Shown: piece after piece, positions 51,390 to 63,608 of the stretch
How the letters are laid out: each line of letters starts with the position of its first letter
How positions within the stretch are numbered: the stretch's first letter is position 1
NCBI GenBank assembly: GCA_963810095.1
Contig: CAWEMM010000009.1
Coordinates: 128,001-192,000 of the forward strand
Direction: 5' to 3'
DNA: 64,000 nt
Origin: an uncultured Chloroflexia bacterium
GTDB lineage: Bacteria > Chloroflexota > Anaerolineae > CG2-30-64-16
Notes under the pieces: generated by a model
What the model was told of the DNA's origin: nothing
Database searches by the model: none
Seen by the model: only the letters and a program-made list of their open reading frames with translations
Translations under genes and position numbers: made by a program

Positions 51390-52658
51390 TCAGGCTAGGG
51401 GTAGTTTCGAAGTCAGCGCGTCCGTTACGTCCTGTCCGGCCGCATGAATGGCCGGGGGCCGCAGCGCGGGTTCCTTCATCCGGCTCACCAGCAGCAGGCT
51501 TACGAGCAGCAGCGCGGCGGAGAGCAGCAGCGCGGGCGTAAACCCACCGCTGCCGCTCTTCATCGCCTCCATAACATACACGAAGATCACCGACGCTTGC
51601 CCGAATAGCTGAATCAGCCCGTTTGAGGTTCCTTCCGGCGTCGGGAAAGTGATCTCGGCCGCGTACTGCATTCCGATGGGGCTCGTACTGACGAGGAAGA
51701 AGCCGAGCACAAACGCCGAGACGACCATGACCGGGAAGGCGCCGGCGAACGCAAGTCCGATCAGCCCCGGAATCGCGCCCGCGAACCCGACCGCCATGTA
51801 GCGCCGGCGGCGGTGCTGCCTGTCAGAAAACGGCGGAATGACGACCGCACCGATGATGCCGCCGACAAGCATGGCCGCGCCGAGCGTTCCTGCATCCGTC
51901 GGCGTGAAGCCCCGCGGCCTGACGATCCCCTCGATCCAGGTGGTCACGCCGTTGAAGATGCCCATGCCGATAAACGAAATGAGCAGGTATAGCCAGAACG
52001 AGCCGACGGAGAAGGCGTGCCTGTACCCGTCGAGGATCAGGGCGCGCACCTCCAACCCGGCAGGGGCAGGCGGCGTCGGCGGGCGCTCACGCGCGAAGAC
52101 GAGGAACGAGACGGCCGAGATGGCGGCCATGAAGCCGTACGCCAGTTGAACGCCGGAGATGGGGATTTTTTCGATCAGGAGCGGCGTGAGGACCATGCCC
52201 AATGCCGTCCCGACGAGGTTCGCCAGCGTCACGAGCCCGACGGCGGTGGCCCGTTCTTCGTTCGGGAACCACTGGGCGGGCATCTTTGTCCACGCGTTGA
52301 GCAGGAACGGCTGGGACGCCGCGATTCCGACGGTGGCCGCCAGCGCCAGCGCATAGTTCGCCCCCGCCAGGCCGCGCGCGATGCCGAACGCGGCCATCAT
52401 AAGCGCGCCGGTGCTCACCGCCACCCGGAAGCCGTACTTGTCGATGACCCAACTCACGGGGATGGATAAGGGGATGAAGGCGACCATAAACGACATGGCG
52501 AAGAGCCCGATTTGAAGGTCGCTGACGCCGTAATAGTGTGCGGCCGGACCCGTGATCGGCGCGTAGGAAATCCAGAGCGTCTGGATCGTCAGGTTGACGG
52601 CCATGAAGACCGCCAGGACGACCCAGCGGTAGCGATAGAGCGTGAACGGTTGGGGCAT
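51390..52658 (-). CDS. MFS transporter
   Basis: About 12 TM helices; IDKYGFR, WFPNEERATAVG and EITFPTPEG (FLVCR-like). Confidence 0.9.
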   Translation of the reverse strand: MPQPFTLYRYRWVVLAVFMAVNLTIQTLWISYAPITGPAAHYYGVSDLQIGLFAMSFMVAFIPLSIPVSWVIDKYGFRVAVSTGALMMAAFGIARGLAGANYALALAATVGIAASQPFLLNAWTKMPAQWFPNEERATAVGLVTLANLVGTALGMVLTPLLIEKIPISGVQLAYGFMAAISAVSFLVFARERPPTPPAPAGLEVRALILDGYRHAFSVGSFWLYLLISFIGMGIFNGVTTWIEGIVRPRGFTPTDAGTLGAAMLVGGIIGAVVIPPFSDRQHRRRRYMAVGFAGAIPGLIGLAFAGAFPVMVVSAFVLGFFLVSTSPIGMQYAAEITFPTPEGTSNGLIQLFGQASVIFVYVMEAMKSGSGGFTPALLLSAALLLVSLLLVSRMKEPALRPPAIHAAGQDVTDALTSKLPLA

Positions 52659-52825
52659 ACCGCGTCTCCAGACTTGGCCTATGCGATGGGGTGGAGGCAG
52701 GCTTCCATCTTACCACCGGCCTGCACTTGACCCTACATCAGACGATGAGATAATTCGCTCATGTCCGCTAACACGCCCCGCGTGCGCACCGACTCGCGGA
52801 TATGTACCTTATTGGAGGCGACTTG

Positions 52826-53719
52826 ATGACGAACTACCACGCAACCGATGGCAGCGGCCGCGCGCCGAGGATGGAAGTCTTCCAGGCGACCTGGGCCTTG
52901 CGCGACCTTCCCGGCGGTGCGGACCCGTTCGACCTGCGGGAGGCCTTGGCCTTGGCCCGCGGCGACGGCTTCGCCGGCGTGATGCACTGGGTCGAGAGCG
53001 AAGCGGATTTCGCGGCAGTCGACGCTATCCAGCAGGCCGGTATGCTCGCCGGCGTGGGGTTCCCGGTGCGTGACATGACGACCGCGGCGGCGGTGGCCCG
53101 CGGAGCGTGTGACAGGGGCGTGGCGTTTCTGAACGCGCAGGTTTACGATGCCTTCACGCCCGACGCGGAAGCCATCGGCAAGCTGGAAGCGCTGTACGAG
53201 CTGTGCGACCGCTTAGGGGTGCCCCTGTTCATCGAAACCCACCGGGGCATGATCACGCAGGACCTCCTGCGCACCGTCGAGTACGCCCGCCGGGTCCCGC
53301 GCATCCAGTTTACACTGGACGCCTCCCACTACGTCCTGGCCGGAGAGATCAGGCAGCCCGACCAAGCCCCTGCGTTCAACGCCGCGCTGTCCGAGATCAT
53401 CGCGGCCAGCGCGTCCCTGCACGCGCGCGTGTCGAACGGCGAGCAGGTGCAGGTCGACGTGGGTGACGGCGCCGGCCCGCTGGTACGCGACTACATCGGA
53501 TGGTGGAAGGCTGCTTATCGACACTGGCTCGACCGGGCGGGGCAAGGTGATTTCTTCCCGTTCGTCTGCGAGCTCGGTCCGCGCCCTTACGCCATCATCG
53601 CGCCGGCCGGAACCGCGCTGCCGGCGGGTGTCGAGCTATCGGACCGCCGAAGCCAGGCATTGGTCCTTAAGCGGATCGCAGAGGATATCCGGCGCGAAGT
53701 CGACCTCAGCCGCGCATGA
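52826..53719 (+). CDS. sugar phosphate isomerase/epimerase (xylose isomerase-like TIM barrel)
   Basis: IETHRG, LDASH, LHARVS and CELGP motifs; RBS GGAGG. Confidence 0.8.
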   Translation: MTNYHATDGSGRAPRMEVFQATWALRDLPGGADPFDLREALALARGDGFAGVMHWVESEADFAAVDAIQQAGMLAGVGFPVRDMTTAAAVARGACDRGVAFLNAQVYDAFTPDAEAIGKLEALYELCDRLGVPLFIETHRGMITQDLLRTVEYARRVPRIQFTLDASHYVLAGEIRQPDQAPAFNAALSEIIAASASLHARVSNGEQVQVDVGDGAGPLVRDYIGWWKAAYRHWLDRAGQGDFFPFVCELGPRPYAIIAPAGTALPAGVELSDRRSQALVLKRIAEDIRREVDLSRA

Positions 53720-53721
53720 AG

Positions 53722-53766
53722 GGCTGCGTGTCTGCGTGCCAGCTCTCGGCGCGCAGACACGCAGCC
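53722..53766. terminator. hairpin between convergent genes
   Basis: Stem GGCTGCGTGTCTGCGTGCC/GGCGCGCAGACACGCAGCC. Confidence 0.55.
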
Positions 53767-53772
53767 ACACAG

Positions 53773-54069
53773 CTATCCGCCGGCAATCGAGCCAATGATC
53801 CAAAACGGCTCATCGCCCGACGCCACCTGCTCGGGCAGCGGCGTATCGGGCGGTTGAAGCGATAGGTCCTTCTTGCACGCGAAGAAACGCATCAGGGGCC
53901 GGCGCTCCTTCGTGACGTGGTCGCGGATCGTCCCCTTCAGCACCGGGTACGCTGCCTCGAGCGCGTCGAGCACCGACCTCTGTGTCACAGCGCCCTGCAC
54001 GTCGAGCTCGACCTCGCGGCCGGTGTTGGCAATCAGCCGCAGCGGCTGAGGCAAAATCACTCGGATCAT
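53773..54069 (-). CDS. MoaD/ThiS family ubiquitin-like protein
   Basis: [11 protein letters not shown]...LEAAYPVL...IAGG with a C-terminal diglycine. Confidence 0.85.
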   Translation of the reverse strand: MIRVILPQPLRLIANTGREVELDVQGAVTQRSVLDALEAAYPVLKGTIRDHVTKERRPLMRFFACKKDLSLQPPDTPLPEQVASGDEPFWIIGSIAGG

Positions 54070-54082
54070 GTAGCGAGCCCTT

Positions 54083-55198
54083 TTACTGGATCGTCTGCAC
54101 CTCGACGGACAGCACCGACGGCAGCGTCTCCGCAATGGCGCTCCACGTCTCGCCGCCGTCCGGCGATGCGAAAACCTGTCCGCCGGTCGTCCCGAAGTAG
54201 ATGCCGCACTCGTCCAGGTCGTCGACCGCCATCGACTCGCGCAGCACGTTGACGTAACAGTCCTCCTGGGGCAGTCCTTTCGTCAACGCCTCCCACTCGT
54301 TGCCCCCGGTCTTGCTACGGTAGACCCGCAGCTTCCCTTCGGGCGGGTAATGCTCGCCGTCGCTCTTGATGGGGACCACGTAGACTGTCTCCGGTTCGTG
54401 TGTGTGGACGGCGATCGGGAAGCCGAAGTCGCTCGGCAGGTTGCCGCTGATCTCGTACCACCTGCCGCCCGCGTCGTCCGTGCGCATCACATCCCAGTGC
54501 TTCTGCATGAAGAGCGTGTCGGGCCGGGCCGGATGCATAGCGATGCGGTGGACGCAGTGGCCCGTCTCGGCCTCCTGGTCGGGCAGGAACTCGGATCGAA
54601 GGCCCTGGTTAATCGGCAGCCAGGACTGGCCGCCGTCGTCGGTTCGGAACGCGCCCGCAGCCGAGATGGCGATATACATGCGCTTGGGGTCGGTGGGGTG
54701 CAGCAAGATCGTGTGCAGGCCAAGGCCGCCTGCGCCCGGATGCCACGTGCTCGCCGAAGGATGCTGGCGCAGCGCGGCGAGCTCGTGCCAGCTCTTGCCG
54801 CCGTCCGTAGTCTTGAACATGGCCGCGTCTTCCACGCCCGCAAAGACCGTATCCGGATCCGTCAATGACGGCTCGAGATGCCAGACGCGCAGAAATCCCC
54901 ACGGGTGCGGCGTGTCGTCGTACCACAGATGTGTGCCCGGCTCGCCCTCGTATGTGAACTCATTGCCGACCGGTTCCCAGGTCTTGCCGCCGTCGTTCGA
55001 CCGCTGCATCATTTGCCCGAACCAACCCATGGATTGGGCCGCGTAGATGCGGTTGGGATCGACGGGCGACCCCTTCATGTGGTAGACCTCCCAGCCGCCG
55101 AACAGCGGGCCCTCGATCTCCCAGGTCCGCCGCGTGCCGTCCGACGTCAAAACAAACCCGCCCTTGTGCGTTCCTACCAAAACACGTACACCGGTCAT
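54083..55198 (-). CDS. BNR/Asp-box beta-propeller protein (sialidase/Ycf48-like)
   Basis: Repeated [24 protein letters not shown] and SPDGGETW Asp-boxes. Confidence 0.88.
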   Translation of the reverse strand: MTGVRVLVGTHKGGFVLTSDGTRRTWEIEGPLFGGWEVYHMKGSPVDPNRIYAAQSMGWFGQMMQRSNDGGKTWEPVGNEFTYEGEPGTHLWYDDTPHPWGFLRVWHLEPSLTDPDTVFAGVEDAAMFKTTDGGKSWHELAALRQHPSASTWHPGAGGLGLHTILLHPTDPKRMYIAISAAGAFRTDDGGQSWLPINQGLRSEFLPDQEAETGHCVHRIAMHPARPDTLFMQKHWDVMRTDDAGGRWYEISGNLPSDFGFPIAVHTHEPETVYVVPIKSDGEHYPPEGKLRVYRSKTGGNEWEALTKGLPQEDCYVNVLRESMAVDDLDECGIYFGTTGGQVFASPDGGETWSAIAETLPSVLSVEVQTIQ

Positions 55199-55309
55199 CA
55201 CGAACTCCTTCTCTGATCGTCTGCCGCAATCTGCGGCGCTCTCCGGCAAAGGCGACGATCGGCCCCTGAGGCAGATCGTCGCATGGATGTAACTCGCGGC
55301 GAAGGCCGG

Positions 55310-55668
55310 TTACAATGGCGCGCATTCCTTAATCGGGCGCACCTCGATGCAGCCAAGCCGCAGCGGCGGGATCTTCGCCGCAACCCGGATCGCATCGTTC
55401 GAGATCACGAGCTTCGATCAGAAAGAATCCGCCCAGCTGCTCTTTGGTCTCGGCGAACGGTCCGTCGGTCACGGCGAGCTTGCCGTTGCGCATGCGGATT
55501 GTCGTCGCCGTCTCCGTCGGTTGGAGCGCTTCGGAGGCGAGGAACTGGCCGCTGTCCGTTCAGCTCCTCGCCGTACGCCACGGCCTCGCCCGCAATGCGG
55601 AGGTAATCCGCCTCGGGCAAGGCCGCGGCCTGCGCCTCATCGTAGTAGATCAGGCAGAGGTATTTCAT
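55310..55668 (-). CDS. YciI/DGPF family protein (frameshifted)
   Basis: MKYLCLIY...[16 protein letters not shown]...IEVRP across frames. Confidence 0.75.
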
Positions 55669-55670
55669 CG

Positions 55671-56575
55671 CTAGCGGCGCTGTTGCTGCGCCACTTGCTG
55701 CGCGCTGCCGCTCTTCCTGCTCCCGAACCTCCGGCGTGTACTCGGGGCCGAAATCTTCTTCGCTCGCAACCTGCCGGATGCGCAGCTCGACGTCGCCGTT
55801 CTTCCTTCGGCCACCGCTTCGACAACTCGACGATTTCGTCCAGCGACTTCGCCTGAAACACGCTGAACCCTGCGACCAGTTCCTTCGATTCCGTGAACGG
55901 GCCATCGATCACGCTGATCTTGCCGTTCGAGTAGCGCACCTTGGCGCCCTTCGAGCTGGGCTGCAGCCCTTCGCCCGAGAGCAGCATGCCCTTCTCGATC
56001 GCCTCGCCCGTGTAGGCGCCCATCGCGGCCAACATGTTCCTCGGTCGGCAGGACGCCCGCCTCGGTCTGCGCATCGGCCATTACGAACCCCATAAACTGC
56101 TTGAGGCCCTTCTGCGGCTGTACGCTGGGCGCCGCACGCTCGGCCGCCTCGGCCTCGCCGCCAGCCCGACTCGTTCTCGTTGACCGGGAAGTCTTCCAGG
56201 TCGAACAACTGCCGCACTTCGATCTCGCCGGTTCCGTCCGCCGAGCCTGCCTGCGGACCCGCGACCTGCTCGACCGTCCGGAAGCAGCGCTTGGCCCACT
56301 CCACCGCCTCGTCGAGCGAATTGGCCTGGATGATCCAGTACCCGCCGATCACTTCCTTGGCCTCGGCAAAGGGGCCGTCGGTCACCGTGGCCTTGCCGTT
56401 CTGGATCCGGATCTTCGCGCCCTTCGAGCTCGGGCAGGAGGCCCGCGGCATCGAGGAGGGAGCCGGAATCGATCAATGCCTGGTTGTACTGCCCCATCGC
56501 CTCGAAAAGCTTCGTATCGGGCATCGCGCCCGCCTCGGCCCGCTCGTCGTTCTTGATCATCATCATGAAACGCAT
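55671..56575 (-). CDS. tandem two-domain YciI/DGPF protein (frameshifted)
   Basis: Two PSSKGAK...DGPF(A/T)E(A/S)KE domains joined across frames. Confidence 0.75.
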
Positions 56576-56658
56576 CTTATCACCTCACGTTTTTATTAGT
56601 CTGGCACTTCAATAGTCGTTGGACACGGCCCCAAATCGACAAACTGGCCGGCGAGTTT

Positions 56659-57960
56659 TCAAAACTCGTCGATGGAGACGCACCCTTGCAGCTCCGTCAG
56701 CCGTCGTCGCAGGTAGCGCTGCTCTGCGTCCTGCTGCGTCAGCGCCAGCGCCCGCTCGTAGGATGCCTGGGCCTCTGCGACCCTGCCCAACCGCCGGCAC
56801 AGGTCGGCCCGCGCGGCGTGGGCCAGGTGATACTTCGCCAGTCCGCCGTCCTCCAGGATTTCGTCCACGAGCACGAGGCCCGCCTCGGGCCCCTGGGCCA
56901 TCGCGACGGCCACGGCCCGGTTCAGCGCGACGACCGGCGACGGCGCAAGTTCGGCCAGGCGATCGTACAAGCCGCACGATCTCGGTCCCAATCGGTGCCC
57001 GCCGGGCTGTCGGCCTGGTCGTGCGTCGCGGCGATTGCGGCCTGCAACGTGTAGTGGTCGTACCGGCCGGAAGCGCAGCGCCGCGCGCGCACCAGCCCGA
57101 CGCCCTCGACGATCTGGTCCCGGTTCCACAGCGACCGGTCCTGCTCCTCCAGCGTCACCAGGTCGCCTGCCGGCGAGGTCCGCGCGGCCGCCGCGCGTCC
57201 TGCAGCAGCATCAGCGCCAGCAGCCCCGCCACCTCCGGCTCGGGCAGCAGGCCGAGCAGCAGCCGGCGCCAGCCGGATCGCTTCGGCCGAGAGATCGGTC
57301 CGGGTGAGCGCCGTGCCCGAGGATGCCAGGTAGCCCTCGTTATACACCAGGTAGATCACCTGCAGCACGGCATCCAGTCGATCGGGCAGTTCGTCTGGCT
57401 CGGGCACCTGGAAGGGAATGCCCGCATCGCGTATTTTCGCCTTTGCGCGCACGATGCGCTGGGCGACCGTCGGCGCGCCGGTCAGGAAGGCCCGGGCGAT
57501 CTCCTCGGTCGTCAACCCGCACACCTCCCGCAGCGTGAGCGCTACCCGGGCGTCCTGAGGCAGGGCAGGATGGCAGCACATGAAGATCAGCCGCAGCTGG
57601 TCGTCCTCGACGCCCTCGCTCCGCCGAGCGTCCGATCGGGGCTGCCCGCTGCCTGCCGCGCGCCTCGAGCCGCTCCGCCAGGTCGTCGAGCGGCGTGTCG
57701 CTGCGCGACCTGCGGCGGAGCGCGTCGATGGCCTTGAAGCGGCCGGTCGACACCAACCAGGCGCGCGGGTTGGCGGGCGTCCCTCCTGGGGCCACTGCCG
57801 GGCGGCCGCGGCAAAGGCATCCTGCAGCGCATCCTCCGCCAGGTCGAAATCGCCGAGCAAGCGGATCGAGCGTCGCGAGAATCCGGCCCGCTTCCGCCCG
57901 GTACAGGCGATCGAGCTCGCCAGAGATTTCTGTCGCATAACGCGTCGCAACGGGTTTCAT
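56659..57960 (-). CDS. ECF sigma factor with a C-terminal TPR extension (ECF42-like; several frameshifts)
   Basis: LLGDFDLAEDALQDAF, DDQLRLIFMCCHPAL, EEIARAFL, YLVYNEGY and SPVVALNRAVA motifs. Confidence 0.85.
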
Positions 57961-58044
57961 TAGCACTATTGTACCATATTGGTGTCAAGAATGAGAAGTT
58001 CTCGTAAACACGAATTGGAGGCGCGGCCGGCGGCCGCGCACACT

Positions 58045-58161
58045 TTAGCGCCGGCGGCGCACGAAGAGGTTGGCCAGCAGCGTCAACGCCGCGCTGGCAA
58101 GCAGCGAGATCAGGATGCCCCAGGGCGTGCAGCCTAAACCAAGGATGATCAACTCGTCCAC
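58045..58161 (-). CDS. putative small membrane peptide
   Basis: ILGLGCTPWGILISLLASAALTLLANLFVRRRR with GGAG upstream; start uncertain. Confidence 0.4.
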   Translation of the reverse strand: MDELIILGLGCTPWGILISLLASAALTLLANLFVRRRR

Positions 58162-58536
58162 ACTCCGTTCGACACATACTCCCCTCGCGGGACGCACCAC
58201 AGCGGCGCTCGGCCCACCCGGGCCTTGTACCATAACCAACGCTGCGGCCGCTGTCGGTAGTCCCGAACACCACGCCGAGAAGATTCAGCTTTGTGTGGAC
58301 GATGCTTTCGGGGGGTCGTGCGCGCCAAGGACTGCGAGCGATGGGGCCTGGAGCGCTTCGAGGCTCTCGAGCGAGGTGAGTTTCCGGCTTGGGGCTCCGA
58401 GCGGGCTAAGGGGTGATGCGAGGGCGGAACGGCAGAGGTATCTGTTCCCTTACGCCGGGCCCCACGCGCCGGCCTCCCGGGCCTCGCTGCTTGCGAAACC
58501 CGGGAGGCCGGATCAGACCAGGTGTAGGGGCAGGTG

Positions 58537-59666
58537 TTACTTGTTGCGCGATCACGAACTTGGTGACGTACTCGTCGTAGTTGCCGTCGCTGCGCACGAC
58601 ACGGAGGCGCAGGGCGTGCTCGCCGTTGGGCAATCCGGCCGTGTTCAGTTTGTAGCTAACGTTGCCGGCGTCCTCGCCCAGGGCCAGGAAGATCGCCGCA
58701 TTCGCGTCGCCACCGGGCAGCAGGTCGAGCTGCCACTTGCTGAAGTTCGGGTCATTAGCATGCCCATGATCTCTACGGTTCCGGAGACGGACGCACCGTC
58801 TTTCGGGGCGGTGAGGCCGTTGCTCTTAGCGGCTGCGGCCGCCGGCAGCCGCGGCGGGGGCAGGATGACCGAGTCGATGACGTGGATCACACCGTTCGAG
58901 GCCATGATGTCGGTGGCGACGATGTTTGCGCCGTTGATCATCGGCTTGCCGTCCATGATCGTGAAGGTGACGGGCGAGCCCTGCAGCGTCTTGGCGGTCA
59001 GGCCGTCCTTCACAGCCGCGGCCTTGACCTCGCCGGAAAGGACGTGGTACAGCAGGATGTTGGACAGTGCCTTCGGGTCCTTGAGCAGGCCCTCGACGGT
59101 GCCGGCGGGGAGCTTGGCAAATGCCTCGTCGGTCGGAGCGAAGACGGTGAAGGGGCCCTTGCCCTGGAGAGCGCTCACGAGACCGGCGGCCTGAACGGCT
59201 GCAACGAGGGTCTTGAACTGGCCGGCGCCAATCGCGGTGGCGACGATGTCTTTACCGGCCGCCGGCTTTGCCGGCAGGCAGAGCGCTGCTGTTCGCAATG
59301 GTAAACTTGTTCACGTACTCGTCGTAGTTGCTGTCGGTGCGCACGACACGGAGCCGCAGGGCATGCTCGCCCTCGGGCAGGCCGACGGTGTTGAGCGAGT
59401 AGCTGAAGTCGCCGGGCTTCTCGCCCAGGGCCAGGAAGATCGCCGCATTCGCGTTGCCGCCGGGCAGCAGGTCCAGCTGCCACTTGCTGAAGTTCGGATC
59501 GCTGGCGTAGCCGGTCACATCCACAGTGCCCTTAACGCTCGCTCCGTCTTTCGGGGTGGTAATCCCATTGGCCATTTGTGCACCCGCCGCGAGGGGCAGG
59601 CTCATGAGCAGGATCGCGACGATCGCGAACATCGATAATCTTCGACCCGAACCGCTTGAACGACAT
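58537..59666 (-). CDS. secreted fasciclin (FAS1) protein flanked by two near-identical Ig-like domains (frameshifted)
   Basis: [16 protein letters not shown] and [11 protein letters not shown] motifs; duplicated PKDGASV...[10 protein letters not shown]...LRLRVVRxDxNYDEY domain. Confidence 0.8.
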
Positions 59667-59920
59667 TGAGGAACTCCTTCTTCTTCTGGTTGAACGCCCG
59701 TTGCTTTGGCGCTGTTCGTTATTGACAAACATATGTATAAGGTATGTACAGGGTTTCTTCTGTAGTCTACCTCCCCATTGCACCCATCACGGCCTGAGTT
59801 CCGCGTCGCAGCCGTGTTTTGAGCGCACGCGGGTGTGCAGACAGGTGGTATAATCAAGGCAGGTGCGAGCGGTCACTCGGTTAGCAGGTCTCGTAGAGTC
59901 GCCACGATGGGGAGGCTGAT

Positions 59921-60244
59921 ATGAGAAGCACGTTCTTCACCGAGTTGGGAGAAAACGTCCGGGCGTTCTTGAGGGCGCCGTTTGAGCAGCTGCCGCCGCA
60001 ATATGGCGACACCGTTCCCCCCGAGCTCCGGGTGTTTGAGGCGCAGGCTGAGGAGGCCTTCGAGCATCCCGCGAGATGGGCGAGGCGCCCCACGCACATG
60101 ATGCGAGCAGCAAACCCGTCAAGGTCGGCAGCGGCCCAAGGCCTTTGGCATCCGAGTAGCCGCGGGCGAGGTCTACCACGCGGCAGGGTTACAAAGAGTC
60201 GACAACCCCTCTTTGTGACGCTGCGCGTCCCGGTGCTTTTGTAG
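59921..60244 (+). CDS. hypothetical protein (3' end uncertain)
   Basis: RBS GGAGG; extended -10 TGGTATAAT at 59846-59854. Confidence 0.45.
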   Translation: MRSTFFTELGENVRAFLRAPFEQLPPQYGDTVPPELRVFEAQAEEAFEHPARWARRPTHMMRAANPSRSAAAQGLWHPSSRGRGLPRGRVTKSRQPLFVTLRVPVLL

Positions 60245-60272
60245 CTAAACTGATCGCAATAGGGTTGCGCAT

Positions 60273-60295
60273 GTAGGGCGAGCTTTAGCTCGCCC
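60273..60295 (+). repeat. REP-like GTAG palindrome
   Basis: GTAGGGCGAGC-TTTA-GCTCGCCC. Confidence 0.5.
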
Positions 60296-60315
60296 GTGCT
60301 TAGCTGAAGGACTGG

Positions 60316-60378
60316 TTGGCGGGGGCGCTGTGGCCAGCCGGCCCTCGACCAGGGGCTGCGTCCCTTAGGCATCACCCC
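60316..60378. repeat. dispersed repeat family C, copy 2
   Basis: Similar to 8855-8914. Confidence 0.6.
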
Positions 60379-60636
60379 ACAAGGTCACGCTGTGGGCACA
60401 GGTTGCCCGGTTAAGTCACAGACGGGGGATGAAACTGCTGGACGGCAGGCACCATCCTTCGACTTCCTCCGCCTGGCGTGCGCTGCGATCATTGCTATGC
60501 CCTTCGCTGCCAGGGATCCAACCGTGTAAGCGCACGCAGGCATCCTGTGCGGAGCGTTGCCTTTGCGGTCAGGGGCGATGCAGTCGAAGCGGACGCCGGG
60601 ACATGCGGCGGCCAGCTTTCTCCTTGGTTGCACTTA

Positions 60637-60746
60637 GACATCTATCCGAAAAGGGTTCTGGCCGGTCTCGTACACCTAGCTTGGCCGGCGCCCCGGCAGA
60701 CGGGGCACGGTCAGAGACCGGCCCCAGCTAATTCTCGGATAGATAC
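60637..60746 (+). mobile_element. MITE-like element A, copy 3
   Basis: TTA-GACATCTATCCG...CGGATAGATAC-TTA; the right TTA is the stop codon of the glucosidase gene. Confidence 0.8.
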
Positions 60747-62457
<1,711 letters not shown>

Positions 62458-62576
62458 CTACGAATTTCACGATCAGCACGAATTATACGAGTGATCGACC
62501 TGAGCCGAAAAGTGGGCCGATGCGGAGGGCTGGATATCGTGGACGAAGGCAGGCGCGCAGGCCGGCGCGAAAATAA

Positions 62577-62644
62577 GAATCCATCCGAAGAATCGCTGGG
62601 GCACGGTCTCTGACCGTGCCCCAGCTAATTCTCGGGGGGTGAAC
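62577..62644 (+). mobile_element. MITE-like element A, short or internally deleted copy 4
   Basis: TAA-GAATCCATCCG, perfect hairpin GCTGGGGCACGGTC-TCT-GACCGTGCCCCAGC, then TAATTCTCGG...TTA (stop of the adjacent gene). Confidence 0.6.
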
Positions 62645-63115
62645 TTACTCGGAAGGCGACCCGGCCGGCGCGAAGGACAGACGGCCCAGGTGCAGGTAAT
62701 AGTGGACGCTGGCCTGGAGCAGGGCCGCGCCGATCCCGGCGTAGAGGACGGCCAGGTAGGGACGTGGTATCCCCGAATGGCGCAGGAGCATGCCGCCGCT
62801 CATCATGACCACGATGATCAGCCAGCCCTTCCACGCCTGGAACGCGAACGCGCAAGCCCGCTCGTCGTATGCCATGATGCGGTCGATGTTCTTCTTGGCG
62901 AGTTTTGAGAAGCCGAAGAGGTTGATCACGACGGAGATCGCGAGGCCAAGGAAGCCGAGTGCCAGGGCGATCTTGGTCGCCGGGTGGGTCACCCAGTTCC
63001 AGGCATAACTGCACAGCAGGATGCCGACCGCGCTCCACATGAGGCCGGCCAGCGCCAGCAGCCAGTTGCGGGGCACCACGGGATTAAAGCGCGCGACAAA
63101 AGTGCGCCAGTTCAT
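62645..63115 (-). CDS. conserved hypothetical membrane protein
   Basis: Four TM helices; LAGLMWSAVG, KNIDRI and YAGIGAALL motifs. Confidence 0.75.
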   Translation of the reverse strand: MNWRTFVARFNPVVPRNWLLALAGLMWSAVGILLCSYAWNWVTHPATKIALALGFLGLAISVVINLFGFSKLAKKNIDRIMAYDERACAFAFQAWKGWLIIVVMMSGGMLLRHSGIPRPYLAVLYAGIGAALLQASVHYYLHLGRLSFAPAGSPSE

Positions 63116-63549
63116 AGCTATCTCGGTCCTTTGGGTTCGATTGCACGCCCGCAGTTGCCCGCGCCGTGGTGCTGCTGGGAGAGGGATCCAACGTGCAGGC
63201 CCAGTATACCCGAACCCCGCCAAACCGAGAACTTCGCCCGGCTTCTCGCCGAGCGACTGCTACACACTACATGGGGCGCGACACCACCCGCCGCCAAGAC
63301 CGTCGCCGTCCTGCGGTGAAGGTCCGGCCCCCCATCAGGATTGCCATGGCTATGGCAATGATAATGCCTAACACCAGCACGCCGCTCTCCGCGGCTGAGC
63401 CTTCGCTTTTCACTGTCCGCCTCCCGGTTACGCGATCGCGGTGCGTGCGACCGTGACCTGCGCCGCAGCCGAAGCCCGCGCAAACTCAACTTCTTCTGAT
63501 TATAGTCTTGTTTGTCACTCTTCTTCCGGAGGATCGCTTCCCAAGGAAC

Positions 63550-63584
63550 AAAAGGCCCCGCCGGTCGCAGTGACCGGCGGGGCC
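63550..63584 (-). terminator. intrinsic terminator
   Basis: Stem GGCCCCGCCGGTC/GACCGGCGGGGCC followed by TTTTG on the minus strand. Confidence 0.75.
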
Positions 63585-63608
63585 GCTCGGCCCGGGCACC
63601 CTTGCCTG

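Noticed and set aside
59768-59795. TACCTCC-CCAT-TGCACCC-ATCA-CGGCCT resembles the island motif
   Set aside because: It is more degenerate, lies outside the island, and has no -10 hexamer at the 22-nt spacing (the TATAAT is 53 nt away); not counted as a site.
60105-60180. GCAAACCCGTC... superficially like a c-di-GMP-I riboswitch start
   Set aside because: It lacks the GNRA tetraloop and the GACGCAAA core, and lies within or after an ORF rather than in a leader.
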